This document shows, in pieces, positions 13,509-26,111 of a DNA stretch of 64,000 nt. Position 1 is the first letter of the stretch; the number at the start of each line of letters is the position of its first letter. The stretch is from the NCBI GenBank assembly GCA_013239625.1, contig MU053934.1, positions 1,915,031-1,979,030 on the forward strand. Direction: 5' to 3'. The translations under genes and the position numbers were made by a program. The DNA is from Lama guanicoe. Its lineage: Eukaryota. Under the pieces are notes generated by a model that had not been told where the DNA came from, ran no database searches, and saw only the letters and a program-made list of their open reading frames with translations.

Positions 13509-13608
13509 AGAGGAGGAGGAGGAGGAGGAGGAAGAAGAAGAAGGAGAAGGAGGAGAAGGAGGAGAAGGAGGAGAAGGAGGAGAAGGAGGAGAAGGAGAAG
13601 AAGAAGAA
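13509..13608 (+). repeat. Polypurine compound repeat (GAG)n(GAA)n(GGAGAAGGA)n
   Basis: Directly visible, about 100 nt with no pyrimidine. Confidence 0.95.
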
Positions 13609-15060
13609 ACATTAGGTGTATTACCATGTGAAACTGTATTTTCTTTTGTAACAGTCAACAAAGTACCATTAAACAGCTTTTCTGTTTCCTTGACCAAAGT
13701 GGCTAAGAGCTGCTCTAAAAGCTAATGCTTTGGTTTCTCTTATCTTGCACAAATGCTCCCATATGAAATACTAAACCACCAGACTATAAAACCTTTGTGC
13801 CAAGATAAAATTTTAGGAAATGAAAGTTATGCATAGAATAGTCAAATTGATCATTTCTGCGTTTATCCCAAAGGAATGTAAGGCTCCAAGGAAATTAGCA
13901 GACATTTCTCAAGGTTCGGTTATAAGACTTTTCTTATGGAAAGAAAAGTAAATAAATATCAAGACCTATATCCTTATTATACTTAATTTAATGGTTATCA
14001 TAAAAAAGGGTAGAAATAAGCTAACCATGGGTTCAAACCTAGGCTTTGCCATGTATAGCTGTATGACTGTAGACAAGTCACTCACCCTCTCAATGCCTCA
14101 ATATTTTATTTGTAAAATGAGAAGGACAGTTACCTAATGGAGTATCCATAAGAATTAACTGAGATCATGTATACAATTTTTTTTGCTTCTGACTGAAAAA
14201 AAAAAAAATAAAAAAGTAGTAGAGATAATAACTACCTACTGTGAAGGAAGAAGGGAAAAGGGTAAGAGTAAAAATATGATCCACAATATAAACCAAATAG
14301 TTGAGTTATAACTTTAAAGTTCTTCAAGTTCCTTTTCACATAAACAGTAACATCAATAAAAACTGGGTGGGGGAGTTTACATTCTTTTTACTAAAGGCTT
14401 TATATAAAACGCAGGCTAAGTGAAATTAACCCAAACAGAACACTACATTCCCAGTTTCTCAAAAATGTCTCCTGGTTCCTCAAGAGAGAACACTTTAAAG
14501 CATATATTTTGCTATGCTAGCAAATGACAGGCAACTATTTTGACTTAAGAAAGCTCTAAACAGTGCCATCTATATTCTCTAGTACGTCCATGTTTAGTTC
14601 CATAGTGCCCTCACCCCACTGCAAAGTCTACATAACCTGAAAACCATTTAAACAGTGATGGCTGAAATTCTAAATATTGCTTACTGAGGCTTTCTAAAGT
14701 TCCATAAATTTTAGACTAATGATCATCATTTTCACAGTCCAAAGTGCCCCTACCTTCTACACTGCTGAAGTGAACAAATGGTACTTTGACTTTTTTCCCT
14801 CCCTATTCTATTAGAATTGCAATGACTGGTAATCCATAGGAGAAAAGGATCTTTCTCCTTTTCTACAACAGACCACAAATCATGTTCAACTACAAAAACA
14901 GAGACGCCCATTTTTCCTGTGATCTTATCCATGTATTTTTATTAAAGAACTATTTTTGCCTTTGATTAGATCAGTCCTAGACTCTCTGAAATTATTCCAC
15001 CACTGAATCTCATTTTACACTCAAGAATTTGGTTCTAGATTCAGATAACATCTTGCATTA

Positions 15061-15078
15061 CACACGCGCACGCACACA

Positions 15079-15116
<38 letters not shown>
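15061..15116 (+). repeat. (CA/CG)n microsatellite
   Basis: Directly visible. Confidence 0.95.
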
Positions 15117-15119
<3 letters not shown>

Positions 15120-15379
15120 TGTATGCCACAGCCTTTCCTCTAGGCAACCTCCTTAATGCCAAACTCCCCAAACTAATTCTTTCATCTGAAATTCTAATGG
15201 TACTTTACTGACATCATATTCATATAATTTACCATATCCTACCTTGTATTTTGATTATTTATGCACCGTATGCATTCTTCTCCATTACTTGAAATTACTG
15301 TTCAGCTATTTTTCATTCATAAATTAGGAATATATTAAATGAAGTACTACGTAATTTTCGTTTAAAAATAAGTGGGCTC

Positions 15380-16590
15380 ATTTCTGCTTCCAACCAGGAT
15401 GGAGTAACAAGGACCAGACTTATCTTGCCACCTTAAACAACTAAAAAACAGAACAAAAGATGTGAAACAACAGCACTCAAGACAGTACAGCAGGCAAAGA
15501 AGGACAGTGATTCCTGAGATAGGAAAAACTAAGGTGAGCTTCCTAAGTGCCCCAGCTCACTGCCTGGAGAAAGCTCCCAGGCTGCGGCACAGAGAAGAGA
15601 AAGCCAGGCAGAGCCTTGTGGTCTCCATGCGTCGAGGAGACAAAACTTGAAGTCCAGGGAAGCCAAGACAGCTAGAGTTCACAGGGGAGAGCCTGCAGAA
15701 GAGAGAGCTGCACAGAGAGAACTCTGAAGACCTACAGAGAGTTCCCCTGAAGTACTTAGTTAAATAATAAGAACATGTGAGAAACTATCTCAGGTTGGAG
15801 AAAGGACCACCTGAAAGAGTTAAAGGGAATAGTGCTAAGAGCTCACACAGTGTCAGGAATACAGCCTGTTCCCCCAGAACAAGAGTAGAAAACCTGATAA
15901 TTTAAGGAGCATCAGTTACAGTACTAAGAAGAGTCTTGCCTCAATAGTGAGGAAAAATTAACCAGAGACTAAACACAGCTCTAGTCCTATCTAATAAGAC
16001 TTAAAAACAAATCCTGAAAGAATTAAACTATTTCTAAGAAACTCAGCTATGCTTTACACAAAGCTCAAGAATTAAATATATATATATATAAAAATATATA
16101 TAAAATCATGTAGCATCCAACAAGGTAAAATTCACAATGCCTGGCATTCATTAAAAAATTACCAGGCATTCAAAGAGGCAGGAAAATACAACCCATAATG
16201 ATGAAAAAAACCAATCAATTGCAACTGATCCAGAACAAGTATAGATGTTAGAATTCACAGACAAGGACTTCAAACATCTGTATTCCATATGTTAAAAAAA
16301 AAAAACTACAAAAAAAACCCAAAAACTGTGTGTAAAAGAAAAATTGAGCATGTTAAAAGACATGGGATATATAAAAAAGATCCACATCAAAATTCTAGAG
16401 ATGAAAACTACTGCCTGAGATTGAAAAAAAACTGAATTGGATTAATGGCAGATCAGACATTTCAGAAGAAAAGATTAGTATACTTAATAACACCACAATA
16501 GAAACTATCCAAAGGAAATATACAGAGAAGAAAAAAGACTAAAAGCAATGAACAGTGAGCCTTGAAAATGACATGGAATGGTTACGGTCT
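15380..16590 (+). mobile_element. Ancient L1M 5'UTR/ORF1 remnant
   Basis: ttctgcttccaaccaggatggagtaac start and decayed ORF1-type motifs (aaattctagagatgaaaacta, gaagaaaagattagt). Confidence 0.75.
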
Positions 16591-17589
16591 AATATATACC
16601 TGTGTTGACAGTTTTTTAAGAATCTAACTCCTGGTCATCTTGAATGGAAGGAAAAGGAGAGAGGGAGATGGTCTGTAGTCAATTTAACACATTTGGTATA
16701 TTTATTATGGGCTGCCAGTCCCTAAAATTTCATTGTTATCTTTTTACTTTCTTTGCCCTTTCCACACTTGTTGGGGTCATACTCTTCTTCCTTCTTTCCT
16801 GACCTCTCAGGAGGCCAGCACTCCGTGCCACTCACTCCCATTCTATCTTCTGGATATACACAGCCTTCTACTGAACATTTATAAGAGATTTGTGTGTTCC
16901 CCAAATAGCCATTTATTCCCAAATCCTCCATTCTTCTAACCAAATAAAGCATCCATTTCCACAAATGAGTTAACTAGTCAAACACATTGATTCTATCAAC
17001 AAGTATTATTAGATACTAAATTGAACCAATATAATAATAAACACAGGCAATACAGTCCCAGTCCTGAAATAAACTACAGTTTGATGGAAAAACAGACGAA
17101 AATATTAACAATTACAGTACCACACAATATGGGCTAAGAGAGCAATACATATACAATGCAAATGTCACAAAAAAAGAAACAACTCTGTGAGACAGGCAAG
17201 CTTTCTGAAGTAGGTGAAGTCTAAACTGAATCTTTAAGGCAATAAATTAATCATGTGGGTGAAAAAGGTATTCTGGCCCAAAGCAGTCATACATGAAAAA
17301 CAGTACATGAAGAAATATATGAAAAGCAGGAAGGTATAAAATATGGCATATTTGGGGAGTTGCAAATGGCTCAGATTTGGGGGTAGAGGGGAGGGAGAAA
17401 GGAAGTGCGGAAATGAAGAGAATCTTCAAATTTTCTGGGAGGAAAAATGAGAAAGCAAGTCAGGGGTTTCACCCTAACAGGGATCCAAGATGACCTGTGA
17501 AAACTGCTAGAAGCTGTGTCCCTGTCATCAAGCTATATGGGAAAACTTTTCCGCTTTTGAAAAACAGGAAGCACTGCATCCCTCTAAGT

Positions 17590-17913
17590 CAGGGGATGGC
17601 AAACTATGGCCTTGGCCCGAGGCTGGCCCACCACCTGTTTTTGTAAAATCCGAAAGCTAAGCATGGTTTTACATTTTTAAATAGTTAAAAAAATTCAAAA
17701 GACGTATATTTTGTGACATATGAAAATAATATGAAATTAAAATTTCAGTGTTCATAAATAAACTTTTACTAGACCATAGCCACATCCATATCAGTGATGA
17801 CTACCTCCACATTACAACAGCAGAGCTGAATAGTCGTAAAAGAGACAACATGGCTTACAAAGCCAAAAATATTTACTATCTAGCCATTAATAGAAAAAGT
17901 TTATGGATTTCTG
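17590..17913. mobile_element. MER58-like hAT-Charlie MITE
   Basis: TIR caggggatggcaaactatggcc and internal MER58B-type sequence; opposite orientation to the 3868 copy. Confidence 0.85.
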
Positions 17914-19949
17914 CTTTAAAGTTAGGAATCTTTCAAAAATCTCACCTCCTTCAATTAAGTCTCAGCTTGTCTGTTCAAAACTTCTTACAAGAAATCTCAT
18001 AATATTAGATAAAAGACTATAGTTACATTATTTATGGATATAAAAGTATTATTTAAAAATTTCATATAATAATTATTGATTTCCAGTTCCATATTTTATT
18101 CTTAAATAGTCTTATATATACGAAATATTAAATTTTGGCTGTAGAACTTTATCCTGCAATTCTAAATAAATTAAATATCTCCAGTTATATGATTTCAAGT
18201 TACAGTTTTCAAAACTATATTTCCTTTTGTTAATAGCAGCCTAGTTATACCTATTTCTTGAGCCATTAATTAAGAAATGTTACTCTAGTATTCTGAAACT
18301 GACAGCCCTTTGAAAAAATTCAAGAGGCATGATGAAAAAAATAACATGCCAAAGTAAGCGAATCTAAGAATATTTCTATGGCATTTGATTTATAATAAGT
18401 ATTATTAAATCAGATTATTTTTTAAGGGTTTAGTTTATTTTTTGGTTGTTTTACTTCTAGTGTCAACAGAAAAATAAGATCATGATTTACTGTTGCTACT
18501 AATTTAAAAGACTCTTTAATTCCCAATTTTGGCTTTTCAACACTCTTTTTTGATATAATTTCAACATCTCAAGGGAAGTGATCAAATTTACTTTTGCTGA
18601 TTTTTAATGTCAATTATTGGTCCAACTGGCATCTTCAGAACAGTATTACTAAAAAATAAGTTTAAAAAATGAAAATTTCAGTGTTAGTAACCTTTGGAGG
18701 GATTTGGGCAAGACCTAGAGGTTAGAAAACAGGTAAACTCTTGCCAGTCAGAGAGCATGCTTTAAAATGGAGAAGAAAAACAATATTCTACTTAAGAGTT
18801 GAGGGCAATATATTTTCATTTTTGAAGTTACAAATTGCTGGCAACACTATATGGTCAATAAGCTATGAAAACTGAGTAAAGTCAAACATGTTGTCAAAAA
18901 ACAAAAATATGATAATAATACCCATAACTACTTAGTAATTAGATCTAAATGATAAATCATTCGTATAAATTGATGTAATTAGTCCAGGACAGTAAAGACT
19001 CTTGAAACCATATGTTTTCATGTCTATGAGGAATAATTCAAGGAGGTAGGGAAGATGAGTAAAGAGAACAGAAGATTAAAGGGAACAGTTAGCAGTTATC
19101 TTCAAATACTTGGGTTTTATGAAGAAGAGAGACTAAACCATTCTATGTGACTCTGGATGATAGATCTAGAAAGAATAAGACAACAATGAAAGACTTCAGC
19201 TTACCAAAAGGGAAACTTCTAATTTTTAATGGCCAACAATGGAACCATTTATCTTATGAAGCTGGTAGTATAATGGAAGAGTATACAAACTTGGAATTAA
19301 ATTGGATCTCAAATTTGAAAACTACCTATGTCCATTCCCAGAACTACAAGGTTGTTTGACCTCTAGAATCTCAAAGTATAACGTATGGGGAAAAAAATGG
19401 GAAAAATACCACCTACCTCAAAAGGACAAGTGATATATGGTGTGAATATAACAACTGTTATGTACATAAATATGATCTGTATATAAAATTGGTGCAAAGC
19501 AGGTAATGCAAAAACAAGAAGTTATTTTACTAATCAGTAATCATTAGTGGTGGTTAGGAACAGGGAAGCTGGAGCCAAACTCCTCGTGTTTAAATCCTCA
19601 TGTTGCTGACTTGGCAAGTTACTTAACCTCTTGGCATTCCTGTTTCCTAATTTCTACAATATGGACATTAATCGTTCTTATATGGCTGCTGAAAGGAATT
19701 ATATAAGGCACTGACGATAGAGCCTAATCCATAATACACACTCTATAATGTCATCTATTATTATTATGTAATATTAAAAAAATGAATTCATTTTGTTCAA
19801 TAGTGAATTCTCTGTTACTGCAAGTATTCCATCAAAGACTTGAACAAGTCAGAAATGGAAATTCCAGAAGTGAATCAGAGTCTTAACTAAATCCATTCAC
19901 TCACATATTCAACAAATATTAACCAAATATATAATACCTACAAAGGGCA

Positions 19950-20190
19950 GGAGAGTAGTGGTTAAGAGTATAGATTCCCAAGCCAGTCCGTGGATATGAA
20001 TTCCCATAGCATCTCTTAGCAGTTTGTAAATGTGGGCAAGTTACCCAACCATGAGATGCCTCAGTTTCTTCTTTTGTTCTATGGGGATAATTATAGGGTT
20101 GTCGAGAGGATTCAATGAGCTAACACAGGTAAAGTGTTTAGCACAGTACTTAATAGTGATGCATCATATATAAGGATTAGCTGATTAGCT
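19950..20190 (+). mobile_element. MIR SINE (a second MIR lies at about 19545-19760)
   Basis: gtagtggttaagagt...gggcaagttaccc...gcctcagtttc. Confidence 0.8.
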
Positions 20191-20194
20191 ATTA

Positions 20195-20890
20195 TTTTGA
20201 CTACATGCCAGGCACAGTTTTAGACACCAGGAATACAACACACTGCTGACAAGGTCCCTGACTTCATAGAGCTTATAGTCTCTGGAGGGGTGGGGTAGCA
20301 CCAATAACAAACAAACAAATAAGTAATGACAAGCACTAAAATCAGTGATAAGTGAAGAAAAAGCAAGGGGGGAGGGTATAGTTCAAGTGGTAGAGTGCAC
20401 GCTTAACATACATAAGGGTCCTGGGTTCAATCCCCAGTACCTCCTATAGAAATAAATAAAGAAATCTAATTACTTCACCTCCCCCAAAATTTCTTTTCAA
20501 AAGTTAAGAAAAAACAGGTCAAGAGGATAGGGAGCAACTTGGGAATTCAAGAAGAGACAGGAAGGTCAAAGGAGAGCTCTTGAGAAGCCATGTGGATATC
20601 TGGGGGAAGAACATTTTGGACTGAAAGAAAAACAGAAGGAAACTGAGCAGGAGGATGCAAGGCGTGTTAAAAGGAATAGCAAAGAGGCCAATGTCACTGG
20701 AGCAAAATAGGGCAGAGAAGGGTCGCAGGAGATAACACTGGCGAGACAACCAGGTTCCAGATCAGGCATGGCTTTAGAGACCAGAGTAAGGACACTGGAT
20801 TTTATTCTGAGTCTGAAGGGAAACAACTGGAAGGTTTCAAGCACAGGAGTGACAAAATCAGACTTGCATTTTAAATGATTCACTCTGGCA
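20195..20890 (-). mobile_element. L2 fragment interrupted by a SINE
   Basis: tacatgccaggcacagtt...ttcatagagcttatagtc...ggagtgacaaaatcagacttgcattttaaa. Confidence 0.75.
20367..20505 (+). mobile_element. Camelid tRNA-derived SINE (Vic-1-like)
   Basis: ggggagggtatagttcaagtggtagag (A box), gggttcaatcccc (B box), A-rich tail with ctaattac motif, imperfect aagaaaaa(g/a)ca TSD. Confidence 0.85.
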
Positions 20891-21336
20891 ATGACCTCTA
20901 ATGAATTATTCGACTCCAGGGTTCCCTGAATTCAATCATCCTACTAGTAATACAGGGACATTTACATATCTAGGAAATGGAAAGAATACATCATGATAAC
21001 AGACTGCAGCATTTCTGACTGCCTAGAAGTTGAGCATTCAAACCCAGTAATAAAATTGCTACATTCAGAACAACAAAGCGTTTACTGCAAGGGCACATTC
21101 CATTTGTGTTTGTTGGATTTCACATATTAAGTGTGAAGAAATGTTTAAGAAAGATTTGATGGTAGTTTTGGAATGTTGGGGACAAAAAGAGTGAGGGATT
21201 ATGATTCCAGAAGGGAACACCTGAGACACCAAAAATGTCAGATTCCAGAGAGGAACTAGTACATCAAAAGGATGCTGGGGGGCTAGCGGGCTGTATCACC
21301 ACCATGATTGTATTACCACCATGACATACCACTTAC

Positions 21337-21402
21337 AGATGCCCAAGAAACAAACCAAGGATTGGAATCATACTTAGAGAAGTTAAAATGTGAGTACTCC
21401 AT
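21337..21402 (-). CDS. RBFOX2: Candidate RBFOX2 alternative N-terminal exon, MEYSHFNFSKYDSNPWFVSWAS
   Basis: ttcATGG AG TAC ... TGG GCA TCT|gtaagt: 66 nt, phase 0. The frame stays open up to an ATG at 21549 (71 codons in total). Confidence 0.6.
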
Positions 21403-21556
21403 GAACCAAAAGTCAACAAAGAAATGAAAAGTGTTCCCATTTGGCAATCGGTTTAGATGTGAGTTTGAAAATTTTCTGGGAAGAATGGAAAACTGGGGTA
21501 CAAAACCAAAACTCTCAGCTAAGCCAATGACAAGGATGAGGACTGTCATTTTTTAC

Positions 21557-21629
21557 CTTCAACACGGAGGTGTCCTCTGCAGCAGTACAAACTTGAATAG
21601 CAGATTATCAGACACTAAGCTTTCCTAGT
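21557..21629 (-). other. RBFOX2: Candidate 73-nt cassette or 5'UTR exon (in-frame TAG at codon 5)
   Basis: About 50-nt pyrimidine tract ending ttcttagttttgcag|ACT AGG AAA GCT TAG; donor GAAG|gtaaaa. Confidence 0.45.
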
Positions 21630-22307
21630 CTGCAAAACTAAGAAGAAAGATATAGGAAAAAATAAAGGGAAGGGGCAAAAAAGGTGTGTGTTTTGATATA
21701 TGGGAGGTGATTGGGTAGAAAAACCATCTGATAAGTCAAAATCGCTCAGATTTAATCACATTTACGGAATTCTGCGTATCTTTTCAGGGGAACTAAGTGA
21801 TTTTTGGAATAGTAATATTTTTCAAGAGTCAGTCTTGGCTTTGGCAAGGAAATGGTTATAACTGAAGATATGGAGCAATGTAGAAGAATTCAGAAAGAAA
21901 CCAAATCTCTGGAAAAAGTGAGGCTTTTTTTGGTTCATTGTAAAGGAACATAAATCAGTCTCAAACCCACAATCTCCGCCTACCCCCCAACTTCCCAGAG
22001 TCCTGCGCAGACCATAGAAAGTGGAAGTGTGCCAAAACCAACAGTGTGGGCCGAAGCTCTGTGGATGAAGGGTGGGATGAGGTTCGGGTGGAACTGGCAG
22101 GCAACCGAATGGAATCACTTTAGAGCAATGCCACAAAATGGAGACAAAATAATCACTGAGGACTTTCAAAATTCACAGAAAAGGGGATATGCTTAGCAAA
22201 ATCACAGACTCAATTCCCTACTCCAACTCATTTCAAAAACCAAAACAAAACAAAAGCAAAAACAAAACCAGAAAGGATAAGGGAAAATGAAACAAAGCAA
22301 AACATAC

Positions 22308-22426
22308 CTGATCTCTTATCTGTCTTTACTTAAAGCATAAAATACCCTCCCTCTCCTCTCCTCCCAGCCACATTGGAACAGAATAGGGAACTGGCAGCAG
22401 CTCAGGTGAAAGACTTCGGCCTCCAG
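22308..22426 (-). other. RBFOX2: Candidate 119-nt cassette or 5'UTR exon (contains a premature stop if joined to MEKKKMVTQ)
   Basis: Acceptor tctgctatctcccctctttgtag|CTGG, donor GATCAG|gtatgt. TATA-like TTTAAATA at 22521-22528. Confidence 0.45.
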
Positions 22427-24844
22427 CTACAAAGAGGGGAGATAGCAGACAATGGAACTGGTGATTCATTACAAAAGAATACACTCCAGAGCGGCCTGTG
22501 GCCACATGGGCTCACTGCACTATTTAAAGGAACAGCAACCCCCTTTCCAACCTCCCTTATTCTTAACACCTTCCCTCCTCTTGGTCCTGATGGAAAACAG
22601 ATTTTGAAGAAAATGCCAGCAAAGCACTGAGCTGTCCAAGAAAGGGAGGGCTTTGTGTTCCACAGAAACTGGCAGTCTTATGCTATAGTAGAGTACAAAA
22701 ATTCTCTTTCACATCCATACTGTAAAATCTTTTCCTGTGCCTAGTATACTTTCCCTTTCAACAACAAATAGTATAGTATTTTCTTATTTATTTGTTTTTC
22801 TAAGTTTACACATATTATGAGAAAGATTTCTCTTTTCCTTCCTTTTATTCCACAGTTATTTTCACAGATGTGAGGAAATGCAATAATTTGGTTCACATGC
22901 TCTGAAATAAGAGTATCTCAGTGAAATACTCTTACAACATATACATGAATAACAGATACACCTCGAGTCATTTTTCAAAGTCACATGAGCATGCCTGTCT
23001 ACTGTACTATAATTTTGTAATTAAATTGCCATCTGCTTTTTTTTTAAAGCAAAGCTCTAACAACTTATTGTAAATAACAGAATCTTATTAAACTAAGAAC
23101 AGACCTTCTAAAAGTAGAGCATATGTAATAAAGCATGCACACTGTGCAACTACTGATATGGATCCAAGCATGTGATGAAAATGTTATCCACCAAAAGCCC
23201 TTCCCCTTCTTCCAAATGAGCGATGGAAATTATGGGATACAGAAATGTAAAGATCAAAGATGCAAAGAATCTAAGTGACAAAATGGTAAAAACATATCTA
23301 AATACTTCTCTTAATACACTAGTTAAGACACTAAACACCGTTTAACTTTGATAATTGAACCCCACACCATGTAGACATTTTCTATTCAGAAAGCTTATGT
23401 GACAGATGATTATCAAATTTGGGATTTTATGTCTGCTTGAAAAACCAAAAACTACCCCCCAATCCCAAGGAGAAAAAAAAATTGGACAAATAAAGATTTG
23501 GCCTAGCTGGCTACTTCCTTTGATTTTTTTTTCTAGATTACTAACAACTATGTATATTACATTAACATAGAAAGTGTATACAAAAACACACTGGAATACT
23601 GAAAATTCACAAGTTTGACATTCTATACTTTCCATTTGTATAAATTCAGGATGGGCAAAAATGACTTATTCTTTCCTTCAGCATTCACACACACAGAGAA
23701 AATCATAATGGTTTAAATTAATCTATTAGAATTTTTAAGCATCCAAAAGACCCCTCTTCCCAGTTTCTATTTATCTCTTCTGCTTCACTCCTAAAATCAT
23801 AGTTTCCCTAATTACTGATTATCAAGACCATGATACTAAGTGTGCAAATGCTTGTGCATTCGTTCCAACTTGTGCTTGCACACGCTTACTCAGCTCCACT
23901 AGAAACTAAGGGGAAGTGCTCCAAGAGGCCATGGAAAACCTCTGATTACAAAGAGTCCTAGTTTAGATACCTCTTTCACTGATTTAAAAATACATATAAT
24001 GAAAAGTCAAGTAGTTGAAAAGGCTTCAGTAACAGCTGAGAAAGAAGAGAGCCAGTACCCTCTAATATGGCCAGTTAATAAAAATTGAATGAGGGCTCCA
24101 AGGTTAAGAAGTATCATCTCCCAAGAAGCAAAAAGAAGCCAGAAACAGGTTTTCTCTTTTTTAAAAAAGTAAAGCAATACTTCAAAAGGGTTAATGAGGC
24201 CGATGATAAAGGGATGAGAAAATATTTCAAGGGTTTCTCTACTTTCCAGAAGAGGGAGCGGTTCCTTAATAATCTCCAAACTCAGATCTGGTGAAAAACT
24301 ACTTTGGAAAGATATATTCTTTGCAACTTCCCTTTCCTCTGGGTCACACTGGGAAAATCTCCCTAACGCTTCACCTCCTTCCAAACAGCACTGCAGGGCA
24401 TTATATAACATTTAACGGAACAGGGTTCCAGCTCCTAAAATGATGCCTCCATCCAGATAGCCAGCTGACTCTCTCGCCCTCCGGTGGTGACTTAGAGAGG
24501 AAAAGAGGAGAGAGAATACAAAAAAAAAAAGGCAACCTCCTTAAAAGGAAAGCACTGTCCAGTGATGAAATTTCCCTACAGAGCATAAAACCCTGGAGTG
24601 AAACTGATCCTAAGTCTGAGATGAAAGGACACGAATGTTCCACAATGCAAATGATCCTCATTGATAAAACCCAGTCTCATCGTTTCCTCCCAACCTATAT
24701 ATAAAGGAAAAAGGGTAAAGGAACATACAGAAGGGTGCCAAGAAGAAAAACAGCACTACCAGGGAAATCAGGGAAGAGTATTCACCTTTCCATTTGTCAG
24801 GAATGACTTGCTAAAATGCAGATTTGATACTGCCTGGCATCACC

Positions 24845-24921
24845 GGAGAGAGAGAGAGAGGGAGAGAGAGGGAGAGAGGGAGGGAGAGAGGGAGAGAGGG
24901 AGACAGGGAGAGAGGGAGAGA
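24845..24921 (+). repeat. (GA)n/(GGGAGA)n polypurine microsatellite
   Basis: Directly visible. Confidence 0.95.
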
Positions 24922-25642
24922 GAAATCAATCTTCCATTTCCTACTCCTTCTCCTTCAGATGTCTTTTAATGCCCATGTGTGACTGTCATTTATAAACTCA
25001 GATTTGTTCTCCTGCCAGAGAGGTCTCTACCTGCCTCTACTGCACCTGGATGCTTCTATGGTCCCTACTGAAAACATTCTTTGCCAGTAACAAAGACATG
25101 AAAATGAAACATTTTTCTAGCCTTCATTTTTAATAAGCCATTTTTGGAGCGAAGGCAGCAAAACTGCAATTTCATAGCCAATCCTGAGAAAGCAAAGTGA
25201 ATTAGGAATCAGATTTCCCTATAACACAAATTCTTCTGCAATTCTTTAAAGGAAGTCAATCCCTCGCCCCTCTTTTAGGCAGTCTACAAGAATCTCTCCC
25301 TACCTCTGCAGTCTCTCTCTCCCTCTCTCTTCTCAGAACCAAGACAAAGAGGTAGACAAATCCCCACAGGGTCTTTCCTGAGCTACAGCTGCACAGTACA
25401 GGAAACAGGAATCTGCTATGGAGCTGGGGGGGGCGAAAAAAGGATACGGATACCCCCCCACACACACACACTTACACTCACACACACACGGACTCACAAC
25501 AGGCACTTTTCAGCTGGTGAGAATAATTCTGGCCTTTTCTAAAAAGACAATAATTAAAACTCTGGTGATTATGCCCCACCCCCGTACTTTATTTAGATCT
25601 CAGAAACAAGAAGAGAAACGCACGGAGAAACACAAATCTTAC

Positions 25643-25669
25643 CTGAGTTACCATTTTCTTTTTCTCCAT
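25643..25669 (-). CDS. RBFOX2: RBFOX2 alternative first coding exon, MEKKKMVTQ (phase-0 donor)
   Basis: Minus strand reads tttATG GAG AAA AAG AAA ATG GTA ACT CAG|gtaaga. The peptide matches the recalled RBFOX2 N-terminus MEKKKMVTQ-GNQEPTTTPDAM. Strong donor, purine-rich 5'UTR upstream. Confidence 0.95.
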
Positions 25670-26080
25670 AAACCGAAGGGAACAGCTGGTGAACACTTCA
25701 AAGCAGTCGTGCTGGGGCACACCTTCCACAGCTTTCTTTCCGCCCCCCTCCCCCCCCAATCTAGATATTTAAGGGTGGGTGACTGTTCTCCCTTTATCCC
25801 GTTTTCCTTCCTTTTTCTTTCTAGTGTTTCTTCCTTTCTTTTCTCTTCCTCTCAGGCAGTCTCTCCCCCTCCTTCTTTCTCCAGCTCCCTCCCATATCTC
25901 AGGCAGATGGCTGAAGGAAGCCCCACCCCTGAATGCCTAAGGTAATTAATCAGAGTAGAGCCCCACCTCTTCCTCCTCCCCCCACCCCCTCCCGGCAGGC
26001 TGACATCTCCCAACTCCAGAAACAGGCCTGCTGCAGAATGGCAGTTTGGTGAGTGCTTTGCGCAAGCGTGCGTGTGTGCG

Positions 26081-26111
<31 letters not shown>

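Noticed and set aside
13491..13697. Ser/Pro-rich ORF
   Set aside because: Translation of the purine repeat.
20367..20445. tRNA-like sequences (also at 62342, 62590 and 63660)
   Set aside because: A-rich tails, TSDs and a shared non-tRNA 3' part show they are SINEs, not tRNA genes.
25418..25945. Longest ORF in the track (175 aa, plus strand)
   Set aside because: Antisense to the RBFOX2 exon and made of low-complexity and microsatellite sequence; no recognisable protein.
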